Shown here piece by piece: positions 47,201-54,550 of a stretch of 64,000 nucleotides of DNA (the stretch's first letter is position 1; every line of letters begins with the position of its first letter). A model generated the notes under the pieces. That model did not search any database. It was not told where the DNA came from and saw nothing but the letters and a program-made list of their open reading frames with translations. The translations under genes and the position numbers were made by a program. The stretch spans positions 1 to 64,000 of the IMG/VR virus record IMGVR_UViG_3300020186_000013; one strand, 5' to 3'.

Positions 47201-47416
47201 GAGAGGCCATCCGGCGGCGACGTGTACTGCATTACCCGCAACCCGACCGCCTCGGACGACTTCGCCCAGGGGGTCAACATCGGGTGTTGTGCGTTGTTCC
47301 AGTTGAGCGGTCAGTGGCCCGACGTGGCGGCGGCGAACCACCTGATCCTGCCGCTCGACGTCCTGTCCCATGTCCACCCGCAGCACCAGCCGGACTGGGA
47401 CGACGCGGGGAGCTAG
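44207..47416 (+). CDS. terminase large subunit (GpA-like), intein-containing
   Basis: LKTGRQVSKST Walker A, RGIPADKVVIDE|CQE Walker B after splicing, AGTPK, Zn site C..C/CAKCRK, nuclease LAVDWGGGG, DDFAQ. Confidence 0.85.
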   Translation: MSTSKKLTIAEQLKIKKKKQQSAFLQTASLSKKEMGLTGFEDEWTKRLIIAQHYLKKSNVASLRPILPALLQLKGKPYHLNDHFPFEPFFRTRMPYMTLLKTGRQVSKSTSLSSQGIIFSNAIPYFSTLYVTPLYEMIRRFSHNYVRQFIETSPVKRLFMNSKTINSVLQRSFRNGSTMYFSFAYLDAERTRGIPADKVVIDESVRLGTMISTHTGSRPIETFSPGDAVLGFDEAGHVRKDEVVKCSDHGVRDCYRFEFSGGSAVEATSDSWLATTAGWKRVEAVITDLSTRADDAGFDVGRRVSAEHRQAFGVHESSRLEAARLQLPKVPGVIRVRTHASQESEELRLRRVVESVADSTIGGFAGYRFLVSPGRQEACDVGVARQDDVGSGRVVVHGRRLAPTADGRVQHAGFHVGGSETPGELVDGSRGGRESRENHVAAQPDCELLDRATVGRLDAYAGGTDPTVRVPGDDLQTGPACEGRGPDLSLVLEGVRSGYERATGVRHGRAETVLPLVNVQGRAAQRTQRNADGETRQAGREERQAAGGLCDGLGYPSQVRAGEGSTPVREEPGEETGVQEGVACLQEVDLVRVTWTGKHRVFDLETKNHNTFLAGGVAVHNCQEMNYDFLSIIHETLSGSPFGLKQYAGTPKSLENTIEKLWTDSSQAEFAIKCHHGGCNYWNVPALSHDLVKMIGPWHSGISEQCPGIVCAKCRKPIDPRRNGRWIHAQPNVRWSFAGYHIPQIIMPMHYATPKKWDMLVGKMQGRGNTPMNVFFNEVCGESYDVGSKLVTVTELQAAACLPWENKIEQAEKHLDQYLYKILAVDWGGGGGKLRNSAAKPGSEQRERTSYTVLVVMGMRPDGKIDVIWGLRSLRTHAHVHEAELCIAAIQRFKCSHFVHDFNGAGAIRETLVRQAGFPMGNIIPIAYHASAKKNIMVHKPPTDDLPRDWWTVDKSRSLQLTCELIKSGQLRFFKDDYRSSDDAGLIRDFLALIEEKTERPSGGDVYCITRNPTASDDFAQGVNIGCCALFQLSGQWPDVAAANHLILPLDVLSHVHPQHQPDWDDAGS
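44816..46069 (+). mobile_element. intein (418 aa) in terminase Walker B
   Basis: Starts SVRLGTMIST..G.RPIE, ends VFDLETKNHNTFLAGGVAVHN, +1 Cys. Confidence 0.88.
45087..45986 (+). CDS. LAGLIDADG homing endonuclease encoded in +1 frame inside the intein
   Basis: MMLGSMLGDGYL and AVAWWYMDDGSL, FNTQGFT, LIRPYV...MTYKL, C-terminal CHWC/CCRS..C and basic tail; frame open from 44916. Confidence 0.85.
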   Translation: MMLGSMLGDGYLRNTGKHSAFTSRHGWKQHAYNCRKFQVLSEFVRTPPRKVKNYGYGEWSSLWQTRQSEALQDIASLCLRDGKKRVTSEWLDRMTWEAVAWWYMDDGSLQLRTAVFNTQGFTSAEVKLLANWLTVRGVDAKAARITSRHNPTASYWIVRLSVDSTRTLAALIRPYVFPEMTYKLDLPAKAEALTCHWCSKAFVPATNGQRVYGTGEQKPCCRSSTCKAERHKELNETLMAKPGKRGEKNAKQREGYATDLDTRRKYEREKAARLYAKNREKRLAYKRAWRASKKSISSG

Positions 47417-48318
47417 ATTGGTTTTGGCATCGGGTTATCGGGGTAGTATCGAATGGACACGTTACGGTCCTTCTGCCAGGCATTCCAAGCGGAAATGCAA
47501 CAGAACAAGAACTCACGAGGCTTCTTGCTCTTCCCGCCGTTCTTGCTCTTGATGACGGTGACACCCAGCCACTTCGCCAGTTGGCGGGTGGTGACGGTTG
47601 CCGGAGCACCGCTCTCCTCGCGAACTTCAGTCCAGAACTTCGTAGCTCTATTGGCGTCTACCTTGTAACTGCCGAACATCGCGGCGACCACCGGAGCACG
47701 CCGCAGGAAGCGAGCCTTGGTGCTGTTCAGGATGTCCACGCACCACAAGCAGAACGGGACAAAGTGTTGCAGAAGTTGAGCCCGTCTTGGGGCATCACGA
47801 GTACACAGTGTAAGGTTCTCCAGGCCCTCCGGTTCGCATTTGTACGTCGAAACGTACGTGTACAACCCGGACACCAGCAGATCGACCGTCTTGCCGTCGA
47901 GGCTGCACAGTTCCGGGATGATGCTGGCGTACATGCGGTTGATGTCGTTGAACTTACGGACGGATACGGTTGAGTCGAACGTCCCGTAGAGGGCTGCGAC
48001 GTCCTGCATCGTATCGCATTCGTAGTCTTGGACGGTGGCGTAGACCCGCTTGCGACCTTTGGTACTGCACTTCGACAGTGCAGTTGACGTGTGTTTGCCG
48101 TTGAGCCGGTAGATTAACCCTGTCTCGCGACAGAGAACACGTGCCCACTCGACAGCTCGTAACATTCCGGTGGCGACGTTATCCTCGTGAGTTTCGAGCC
48201 GAACGGCATCCTTATCGCGGTCGACTCCTGCCGCCAACATTTGAGACCACTCAGTTGCGACCTCTTGTGTGATGAGCACAATTTCTGGTTTGCCGTTGTT
48301 GAGAGCCCACCAAGCCAT
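47413..48318 (-). CDS. ParB/Srx-like N-terminal-domain protein
   Basis: ITQEVA.EW...DR, LNGKHTSTAL (cf. DGQHR..A), FD....R; GGAGG RBS; visibly lower GC than flanks. Confidence 0.5.
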   Translation of the reverse strand: MAWWALNNGKPEIVLITQEVATEWSQMLAAGVDRDKDAVRLETHEDNVATGMLRAVEWARVLCRETGLIYRLNGKHTSTALSKCSTKGRKRVYATVQDYECDTMQDVAALYGTFDSTVSVRKFNDINRMYASIIPELCSLDGKTVDLLVSGLYTYVSTYKCEPEGLENLTLCTRDAPRRAQLLQHFVPFCLWCVDILNSTKARFLRRAPVVAAMFGSYKVDANRATKFWTEVREESGAPATVTTRQLAKWLGVTVIKSKNGGKSKKPREFLFCCISAWNAWQKDRNVSIRYYPDNPMPKPI

Positions 48319-48344
48319 GTTGCACCTCCGGTGTTTGTGAGCGG

Positions 48345-48399
48345 TGCGAGTGCGGCGTATAACACCGCACTCGCGACGCTGTCATATGCCGCACTCGCA
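48345..48399. promoter_or_regulatory. three GCGAGTGCGG boxes (one forward, two inverted) upstream of ParB-like gene
   Basis: 48346-48355, 48365-48374 (rc), 48389-48398 (rc). Confidence 0.6.
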
Positions 48400-48507
48400 G
48401 CGATGTACGCACAGAGAGACTAGCCAGTCTGTGCACTAATCAGCAAGGTCAGTAGTGACAAAATGATGCTTTTGCGGCAGGACTGTAAACCGTCGTAAAT
48501 ACTGGAA

Positions 48508-48810
48508 TTAGACACATCTGGCTGACACCGTGTCCGACGGCTTGTAGAGCGGGATGCCGACGCACCCGCACGTGAACGTCCACGTAGGGCTCAGGCCGTC
48601 CTTGGTCAGTACGACGGAACCGTGCTGGGCGTCCTTGCACTGCTCGCAGTCGTCGTTGAAGTCTGTGTGGAACGGGCCGGGCCGACCGTTCATCGACTCG
48701 TGGGCCACGCACATCCCCTGGCAGGCGGGCCAGGAGTACGCACACACCGGGCAGTCGTCGTCGACCCCCAGCTGGCAGGTCAGGTCCTTGAAGTCATCCA
48801 TCGTTGCCAT
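48508..48810 (-). CDS. Cys-rich hypothetical protein
   Basis: Multiple CxxC. Confidence 0.5.
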   Translation of the reverse strand: MATMDDFKDLTCQLGVDDDCPVCAYSWPACQGMCVAHESMNGRPGPFHTDFNDDCEQCKDAQHGSVVLTKDGLSPTWTFTCGCVGIPLYKPSDTVSARCV

Positions 48811-49003
48811 CGGAATCCTCTTTCTCGGCGGGCGTGGCGGTCTTGAGTTCGACCGCCAGCCGCCAGTTCTCGGCCTTCACAACGAACTCGTACTCGTCGT
48901 ACGGCAGGGGTGTCACCTCAAACCACTGACTTGCCTCGACGAGACCAACGGCCATACGGTTGGCCTCGGTTGTGTTGTTAGCGATGATCTTGTACAGCTT
49001 CAT
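48794..49003 (-). CDS. small hypothetical protein
   Basis: GGAG RBS + ATG at 49003. Confidence 0.5.
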   Translation of the reverse strand: MKLYKIIANNTTEANRMAVGLVEASQWFEVTPLPYDEYEFVVKAENWRLAVELKTATPAEKEDSDGNDG

Positions 49004-49017
49004 GTTGTCTCCCGAGT

Positions 49018-49617
49018 TCAGTGCTTTCTTCTTCTCTTCTTGGTCCTCTGCCGCATCTCGGCCCGCGTCTCGTTTAGCGACATTTCGACGACGTGCGGCG
49101 GGATCTTGTTGTAGACGTCGATGACCGAGTGGTGGAACTGTTTGTCCTTGCCGTCGTTGATCTCCTTGCCCCACCGGAACCAGTCGACGACCGAGACGAA
49201 GTACGCGGCCTCCGCGTGATATCCAACTTCCGCTACGATGCCCTCCAGCTCCGTCTTAATGGGGACGATGTCGATGCCTTGGAACTCGTTGCAGTCGGGT
49301 TCGAGAGCGTCTGCGACCATGGCAAGGGTGATGTTCAGAAGCTCGACACCTTGCTGGTTGTAGACGTTGCCCGACTCCTTGTCGAAGATGCCCCCGGTGC
49401 GGACGAGTACGACCATGAGCACCCGTTTCAGGTCCCACGACAGTTTCTCGGCGTACAGCATCAAGTAGCGTTTGTAGATCTTGTGGAGTTCCACCCCGAG
49501 CGGGATCGGGTAGCGGTGCTCGGCGGCTTTCTTGATCTTCACCGCAGCCTCTTCAACGTCATCCCAGATCTGTTCTTTGACCACTCTCCATGCCGATGCG
49601 TGCTCTCGCGAATCCAC
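49018..49617 (-). CDS. hypothetical protein, paralogue of 49649..50125
   Basis: WDLKRVLMVV...YFVSVVDW. Confidence 0.65.
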   Translation of the reverse strand: MDSREHASAWRVVKEQIWDDVEEAAVKIKKAAEHRYPIPLGVELHKIYKRYLMLYAEKLSWDLKRVLMVVLVRTGGIFDKESGNVYNQQGVELLNITLAMVADALEPDCNEFQGIDIVPIKTELEGIVAEVGYHAEAAYFVSVVDWFRWGKEINDGKDKQFHHSVIDVYNKIPPHVVEMSLNETRAEMRQRTKKRRRKH

Positions 49618-49636
49618 GTCTGTACCCCTTGTGATG

Positions 49637-49652
49637 TAGAAACTGGCTTTAA
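49637..49652. promoter_or_regulatory. degenerate palindromic site TAGAAACTGGCTTTAA
   Basis: Gene junction. Confidence 0.45.
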
Positions 49653-50125
49653 GGTCTCGGCTGGTCCAGCAGCCTCTCCATTGCTGCCGCGAAGGGAGGA
49701 TGGAACGACGCCCAATCGTCCAGCGTCAGAAAGTACACGACGTCCGCCCCGATGCCGTTCTTCTTAATGAGCTCGTCCAACTCTTCGGCGATCTCCTTGA
49801 TGTTCGCTTGGAAGCCCGGAAACAACTCGGTGTCGGAGTCGCTCGCGTCCATGACCGTGCCCAGCGTCGTCTTCGACGACCGCGACCAGCACTCCTCTTG
49901 GTCCATGGCGGGGTCGAAGCGAGCTTCGTTGTCGCGGATGACGACCATGAGGAGCCGTTTGAGGTTCCACGTCATACCGAAGTTTTGCAGGATGCTGTTG
50001 AACATCTGCAACGACCGGATGGACTTGTGCAGTTCCTTTTGGTTGCGGTTGTGTGCGGCCCTCCGCAGAGTGCCCGCCTCGTTTTCGATCTCCCGCCAGG
50101 CGTTCGCTATCATTCGCTGGTCCAC
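49649..50125 (-). CDS. hypothetical protein, paralogue of 49018..49617
   Basis: WNLKRLLMVV...YFLTLDDW. Confidence 0.65.
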   Translation of the reverse strand: MDQRMIANAWREIENEAGTLRRAAHNRNQKELHKSIRSLQMFNSILQNFGMTWNLKRLLMVVIRDNEARFDPAMDQEECWSRSSKTTLGTVMDASDSDTELFPGFQANIKEIAEELDELIKKNGIGADVVYFLTLDDWASFHPPFAAAMERLLDQPRP

Positions 50126-50660
50126 AGTATGTTCCTCCGTTATCGGTTGAGGGGGTCGCTAAAGTAGTGCACGCCGACGATGGCGTGCACCAGGTTGCTG
50201 ATGCCCCGAACTCAAACAACTCGCGGGCAACCTCTTCGACGGACGCGGCAGTCGGCCTCCACCGGACGTACGTCACCATCTTGCCACGCTGTGTTCGCCG
50301 TGCGACTCGTGTCGGGGTTCTTCTCCCCCACCCGCCGCTGTTGTAACTGTGCAAGTAGTACGGCAGCCAGCTACTGATGTACTGGCGACCGACCCGTATA
50401 GCCACGAACGAGTGTGCGGGCAGGTAGAGCATGATTTTGTTCGCGATCCTTTGCGTCGTCGGCTGGTGGATAGTCGAGTCAAGTAGGGCGTGCAGTGGGT
50501 CGGGCTTGTCGTTCAGGTACAAGAGCAACGCATCGGCCCACGGGTCGTCGCTGTGGACGCTCTCCTTCAAGTGGTCGGCGAACGAGAACAACGCCGTCCG
50601 TTCGAGCGGCTGAGTCATGGCCGCAATGCCGTGCGTCAACAACTCCTGGTCAAGGACCAT
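49764..50660 (-). CDS. hypothetical protein with TIGR02996-like N-terminus; 3' extent doubtful
   Basis: IAAMTQPLERTALFSFADHLKE; C-terminal part overlaps the next gene and looks non-protein-like. Confidence 0.4.
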   Translation of the reverse strand: MVLDQELLTHGIAAMTQPLERTALFSFADHLKESVHSDDPWADALLLYLNDKPDPLHALLDSTIHQPTTQRIANKIMLYLPAHSFVAIRVGRQYISSWLPYYLHSYNSGGWGRRTPTRVARRTQRGKMVTYVRWRPTAASVEEVARELFEFGASATWCTPSSACTTLATPSTDNGGTYCGPANDSERLAGDRKRGGHSAEGRTQPQPKGTAQVHPVVADVQQHPAKLRYDVEPQTAPHGRHPRQRSSLRPRHGPRGVLVAVVEDDAGHGHGRERLRHRVVSGLPSEHQGDRRRVGRAH

Positions 50661-50676
50661 CAGGTTCCTTTCTGCC

Positions 50677-51201
50677 TTATTGCTGAACCAGCAAAGCCGT
50701 GACGTGCATCTCGTCGATGACGTTGCCTTCTTGCAATTGTTGGACGATGTACAGCAATGCTTTTTTCTGCCCGCATCCGGTGGGTAGACTTTTACCTACA
50801 TGTGCGATCGCCAGTAGCAGTTGTGCGATCTGTTGCTTATGTCCTGGACCGTTGTTGCCTCCGATTTTGCCTGCGATCGTCGGCTGTGTGATCACAAACC
50901 AGGGCACCATTCTTCGGTCTTTACGTACGGTGCAGGATCGGATTACTCCTTGTCGCACGTACCCAGCGTGGTGCAGGTCGGTCAGGCGTCGACGCACCTC
51001 TTGTAATTCACGCAGCTCTTTCTGCTGCTTAGCCGTTGCCTTGGTCCACAGTTCGACGGCGGTGCAACCCGGCCTAGCTGCGACCATGCTCAGAACCATG
51101 ATGGCGTGTTTGGCCTGAGCACCGGATGTGACGTGAGCGTGTGCCGCGTCGGAACTTGAACTCGGATCTCCAGTATGGAACAGGGGGTTGTCAAGATCCA
51201 C
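50677..51201 (-). CDS. winged-HTH phage protein
   Basis: DP.SS.DAA...PGCTAVEL...VRRRLTDL...GYV....R.C.V. Confidence 0.6.
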   Translation of the reverse strand: MDLDNPLFHTGDPSSSSDAAHAHVTSGAQAKHAIMVLSMVAARPGCTAVELWTKATAKQQKELRELQEVRRRLTDLHHAGYVRQGVIRSCTVRKDRRMVPWFVITQPTIAGKIGGNNGPGHKQQIAQLLLAIAHVGKSLPTGCGQKKALLYIVQQLQEGNVIDEMHVTALLVQQ

Positions 51202-51204
51202 GTG

Positions 51205-51749
51205 TTATCCTTTCTTTGTTTTCTCCGCAACGAACTCATTCACAGCGTTGAGAGCGTCCGTGCAGTTGCAAGCGTAGCCGTACGTGCCGTCGGGGCGGAA
51301 GACGATCTGCTGGCTGGCCCGGCACTTGTCACACCGCCCAGCACTAAGCCCGCCGAGCATGTACTCGATCTCGGCCGCTGTCGGCTTGCGACCGAACAGC
51401 CGCTTGAACAGGCTTGCGAAGCTCTGCTCCTCCCGCGTGGTCGCCGTCGCGGTCTGCTGGTTGGCTGCGTGCGACGTGGCCATGCAGCAGCTCCGCAGGC
51501 CGTGGAGGATTGAGCTGTAGGCGGCACACACCGTCGCGGGCGTCGATGCTGCCGCCGACCCTTTGCCGACCCGCACGTTCAGCTTCTTCAACCACACCGC
51601 CCGAGTGACGTTGCCGGGGAACTCGACCACGCCCACCCAGTAGGAGTGACCGAACCCGCCCGACACCTTGCGGCGTTCCCGCAAGATCCCGGTCTCGTTC
51701 GTTGTCGTGTCGAACACTTCCTTGCCCTTGTTCTCGTCGGCTGCGTCAT
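51205..51749 (-). CDS. hypothetical protein (possible frameshift at start)
   Basis: RBS+ATG at 51749 is out of frame with the coding-like body. Confidence 0.4.
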
Positions 51750-51751
51750 GC

Positions 51752-51988
51752 CTACTCCTTACCTGTGAGTCCACGATCCTTGCACTCTCTGGCCAGATCC
51801 AGGGCGTCTTCCGGGGTCTCGCCGCGTCCGAGGAAGAACCCGAACGCGACGTCAATCAGGTCCATCATGTAGTCGTCGGCCTTGTCCTTGATTATGTCGT
51901 GGCGTTCACGCCACGCCTCGACGTGGACCTTGACCCACGCAGCGACATCGAAACCTTCTTGACCGAGTTCATTGGCTCGCTTGCTCAT
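51752..51988 (-). CDS. small hypothetical protein
   Basis: GGAGG RBS, ATGA overlap. Confidence 0.6.
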   Translation of the reverse strand: MSKRANELGQEGFDVAAWVKVHVEAWRERHDIIKDKADDYMMDLIDVAFGFFLGRGETPEDALDLARECKDRGLTGKE

Positions 51989-52260
51989 AGATCCTCCCAG
52001 TTGATCTCGGGCAGGCACTTCCACCCGAGCTTCTTCAGGATGTAGTGATTGTGATGGTGGTGAAACATGACTTCGGGGCTGGCGTCCCAGTCCGGACTCA
52101 CCAGCGTGAACGTCCCTCGTCCAGGCAAGATCACGTACGACTGGCCCGTGCGGGGGATGCACCAGATGCCACGTTCGTTTACGTTGCGGATCAGCATGCG
52201 GAAGAACTCCATGTCCTTCTTCGTCGGTTCGTACGGTTTGAGCTTCTTCGTGTCGGCCAT
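51985..52260 (-). CDS. small hypothetical protein
   Basis: AGGAG RBS; first gene after non-coding region. Confidence 0.65.
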   Translation of the reverse strand: MADTKKLKPYEPTKKDMEFFRMLIRNVNERGIWCIPRTGQSYVILPGRGTFTLVSPDWDASPEVMFHHHHNHYILKKLGWKCLPEINWEDL

Positions 52261-52268
52261 ACTGTCTC

Positions 52269-52831
52269 CTAAGTTCGATGGGGATAAAGGTTGACGTACC
52301 TTGATGGCGTTGTCAGAATCTTTCAGTCCTAAGTTCTGTGCGTGCGTGAGCTTACCGCTGAGTTCGATTTGCCCAGTTAAGCACCCGGCGTATCGTGTCA
52401 GGGATTTGCGAGATTTTGTAAGAAAGACGACGGCTAAGTTCGACGTGCGGAGAGTCCCTGATACTCGCGTTGCACATTTCCTGACCGGATAAACTTGGTT
52501 TGAACGTCCGCCCTAAGTTCGATTTCAGACGTATACACCAACACGTACGACTTTCCGATGAACTTCGGGTCAGCATTAAGTTCGAGGCCGATCCGACTGA
52601 GTTCCGACTCCCGGTCTGTTATGGCAGACCCACGACAAAATCTGTCACACGTTCGACAGCTACCTAACTCCTTACACCGCCGCTACTTCTGCCAAGTTCG
52701 AGGGCGGTGTCGGTTTTCCCCGGAGCCTAAGTTCGATGTGCCGGAAATAATGTTTGAAAACCTTCTCTGGATTATTTCCGCCTCGAAGATCCCCCAGCGG
52801 TCGCACGGTGCGACCGCCGGATCGAACTTAG
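52269..52831. repeat. cluster of ~11 CTAAGTTCGA(T)-like boxes plus hairpins; candidate replication origin or major regulatory region
   Basis: Boxes near 52269, 52329, 52358, 52434, 52513, 52576, 52597, 52648, 52692, 52727 and inverted 52821; largest non-coding stretch in window. Confidence 0.7.
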
Positions 52832-52876
52832 AGGAGCCCATCATTCGCTCCAGGATCGCGTTTACGGGGCATTCAC

Positions 52877-54550
52877 CTACGAGTCGCCTTCTGCCCCGCC
52901 CGTGTCGTGGATCGGCTGCTGGAAGCCCAGGGCGGCGGTCATGAGGTGACCGCTGCCGAAGTTGGCCTGGACGTAGAGGATCGCCCCGTTCTGCCGGGCG
53001 ACCTTAACCAGGTACGCGGGCAGGTCATTCTCGACACTGGTTGAGGGTGCCTCGAAGCGGATCTCCTTACCCGCCATTAGCAGCCGCCCGTGGTACTTCG
53101 TGCGGCCGTCTCGCAGGACGATACGGTCGAACCGGAGGTAGGCGTTCATGATCGGCCGCAGGCGGGTCTTGTGGTTCGGACTGTGGTAGTACAGGTTGCC
53201 GCCCTCCTCGACGTACGCGGCGTTGGCCCTCGGGGCCGGGGTCACCCGCCGCTCCTTCGCCGGCTCACACAACCTGTTGGCGATGGCAGCGGCGTCCGAG
53301 GTCAACTCCTTACGGAGGTCACTGATGTCGACCTTCTCCCGTTTGAGCCCCAACAGCAGCCCTTCAGCCTGGTGGTCCTCGGCCCCCGTCAGGAAGGCCG
53401 ACACCGCCACCCGCCACGGCCTCGCTTGCCTGACGATCTTCTGGAACATCTGCCCGGCGTCGCAAGACCGCAGGTAGTGGTCGACGCTCCGCGAGGACAG
53501 GTCCTCGGGTGAGGCGAGGGAGATGTGGCCGTTCACCTTCATGGCGTGCAGCACGGTCGCGGCGTCCATACGCCAACTCCACAGCACCACCTTGCGGCCC
53601 GCCAGGAGCTGCCACGCCCGGTGCGTCCACTGCGTCTCCCCGTGGTGGTAGGCGACCATGGGGAGCGGGTTCATGCTGTTCTTGGCGTTACGGACCTGGA
53701 TGCGGGCCAAGAGCATCGGGCTGTTGACGGCGATGACCGTAGCGTTGGAGGCGTCGGACGGCATGACGCAGTCGAGGCCCGCGAGCCCGACTTCGTCACG
53801 GCCTCGGAGTCCGCCCTTCATGGACTCGATCGACTTGACCACCATGTCCTCCTTCGAGCCGCGTCGGCCTACGAAGAAGAACGCACTGAGACGGTCGGGC
53901 AGGTCGTAGTACGGCACGACGAGGATCTCGTTCCAGCCCCTCCCCCGGAACAGCGGGGTGCCGCTGTGCCGGAGCATGCGGTTCACACCCGGCACGGTCG
54001 TTCGGGGACAAAAGGCTTTGGACGCCAGCCCCGCCAGCGACGCCCCCAAGATCTTGCCAGGGCCACGCCGCCACAGCTCGGGGCTCAGGTTGATCGTCAG
54101 GTGGAACCGGGTAAGGAGAAAGTTGTGGCCGGGGGTCCGCGAGTGGGACTCCAGGTTACGCTGAGCGTTCGCCCATAACCCACGCATCGTGTCGCGGCGG
54201 GCAACGATCTCGTCGACGTGCTTGCGGATGCGTTCGTCGGTGAACGTGCCGTCCGGGACTGCGATCTGGCTCTCGGTAATCTTGAGCAGCGTCTCGGGGA
54301 GTGGTAGTTTCCAGACGCTGGCGGCGAGGTCGATCATGTCGCCCGACGACCCGCAGCCGAAGCAGTTGCACCAGACGGCCTTCCGGATCGGGTCGTCGTA
54401 AACGTGAAACCGATCTCCTCCGCACAGCGGACATACGGTACGCTGGGGAAGTGCCTGACCGTTAGTGGGAATGCCAAGAACGGCAAACACCTCCGTCCAC
54501 CGAAGGTGAACGTCCAGGGATAATCTTAAAGGAGCCCCCATCCATGCCAC
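52877..54550 (-). CDS. primase-like protein (N-terminal Zn-binding domain, degenerate TOPRIM)
   Basis: CPLCGG....CNCFGCGSSGDMIDL, LVVPYYD; no EG.xD catalytic motif seen. Confidence 0.6.
   Translation of the reverse strand: MAWMGAPLRLSLDVHLRWTEVFAVLGIPTNGQALPQRTVCPLCGGDRFHVYDDPIRKAVWCNCFGCGSSGDMIDLAASVWKLPLPETLLKITESQIAVPDGTFTDERIRKHVDEIVARRDTMRGLWANAQRNLESHSRTPGHNFLLTRFHLTINLSPELWRRGPGKILGASLAGLASKAFCPRTTVPGVNRMLRHSGTPLFRGRGWNEILVVPYYDLPDRLSAFFFVGRRGSKEDMVVKSIESMKGGLRGRDEVGLAGLDCVMPSDASNATVIAVNSPMLLARIQVRNAKNSMNPLPMVAYHHGETQWTHRAWQLLAGRKVVLWSWRMDAATVLHAMKVNGHISLASPEDLSSRSVDHYLRSCDAGQMFQKIVRQARPWRVAVSAFLTGAEDHQAEGLLLGLKREKVDISDLRKELTSDAAAIANRLCEPAKERRVTPAPRANAAYVEEGGNLYYHSPNHKTRLRPIMNAYLRFDRIVLRDGRTKYHGRLLMAGKEIRFEAPSTSVENDLPAYLVKVARQNGAILYVQANFGSGHLMTAALGFQQPIHDTGGAEGDS

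Noticed and set aside
48496-48511. Additional palindrome copy TAAATACTGGAATTAG
   Set aside because: Too many mismatches to count confidently.
52261-52876. CRISPR array
   Set aside because: The repeat is only ~10 bp and degenerate, spacing is irregular, and there are no cas1/cas2 genes; reported as an iteron-like cluster instead.
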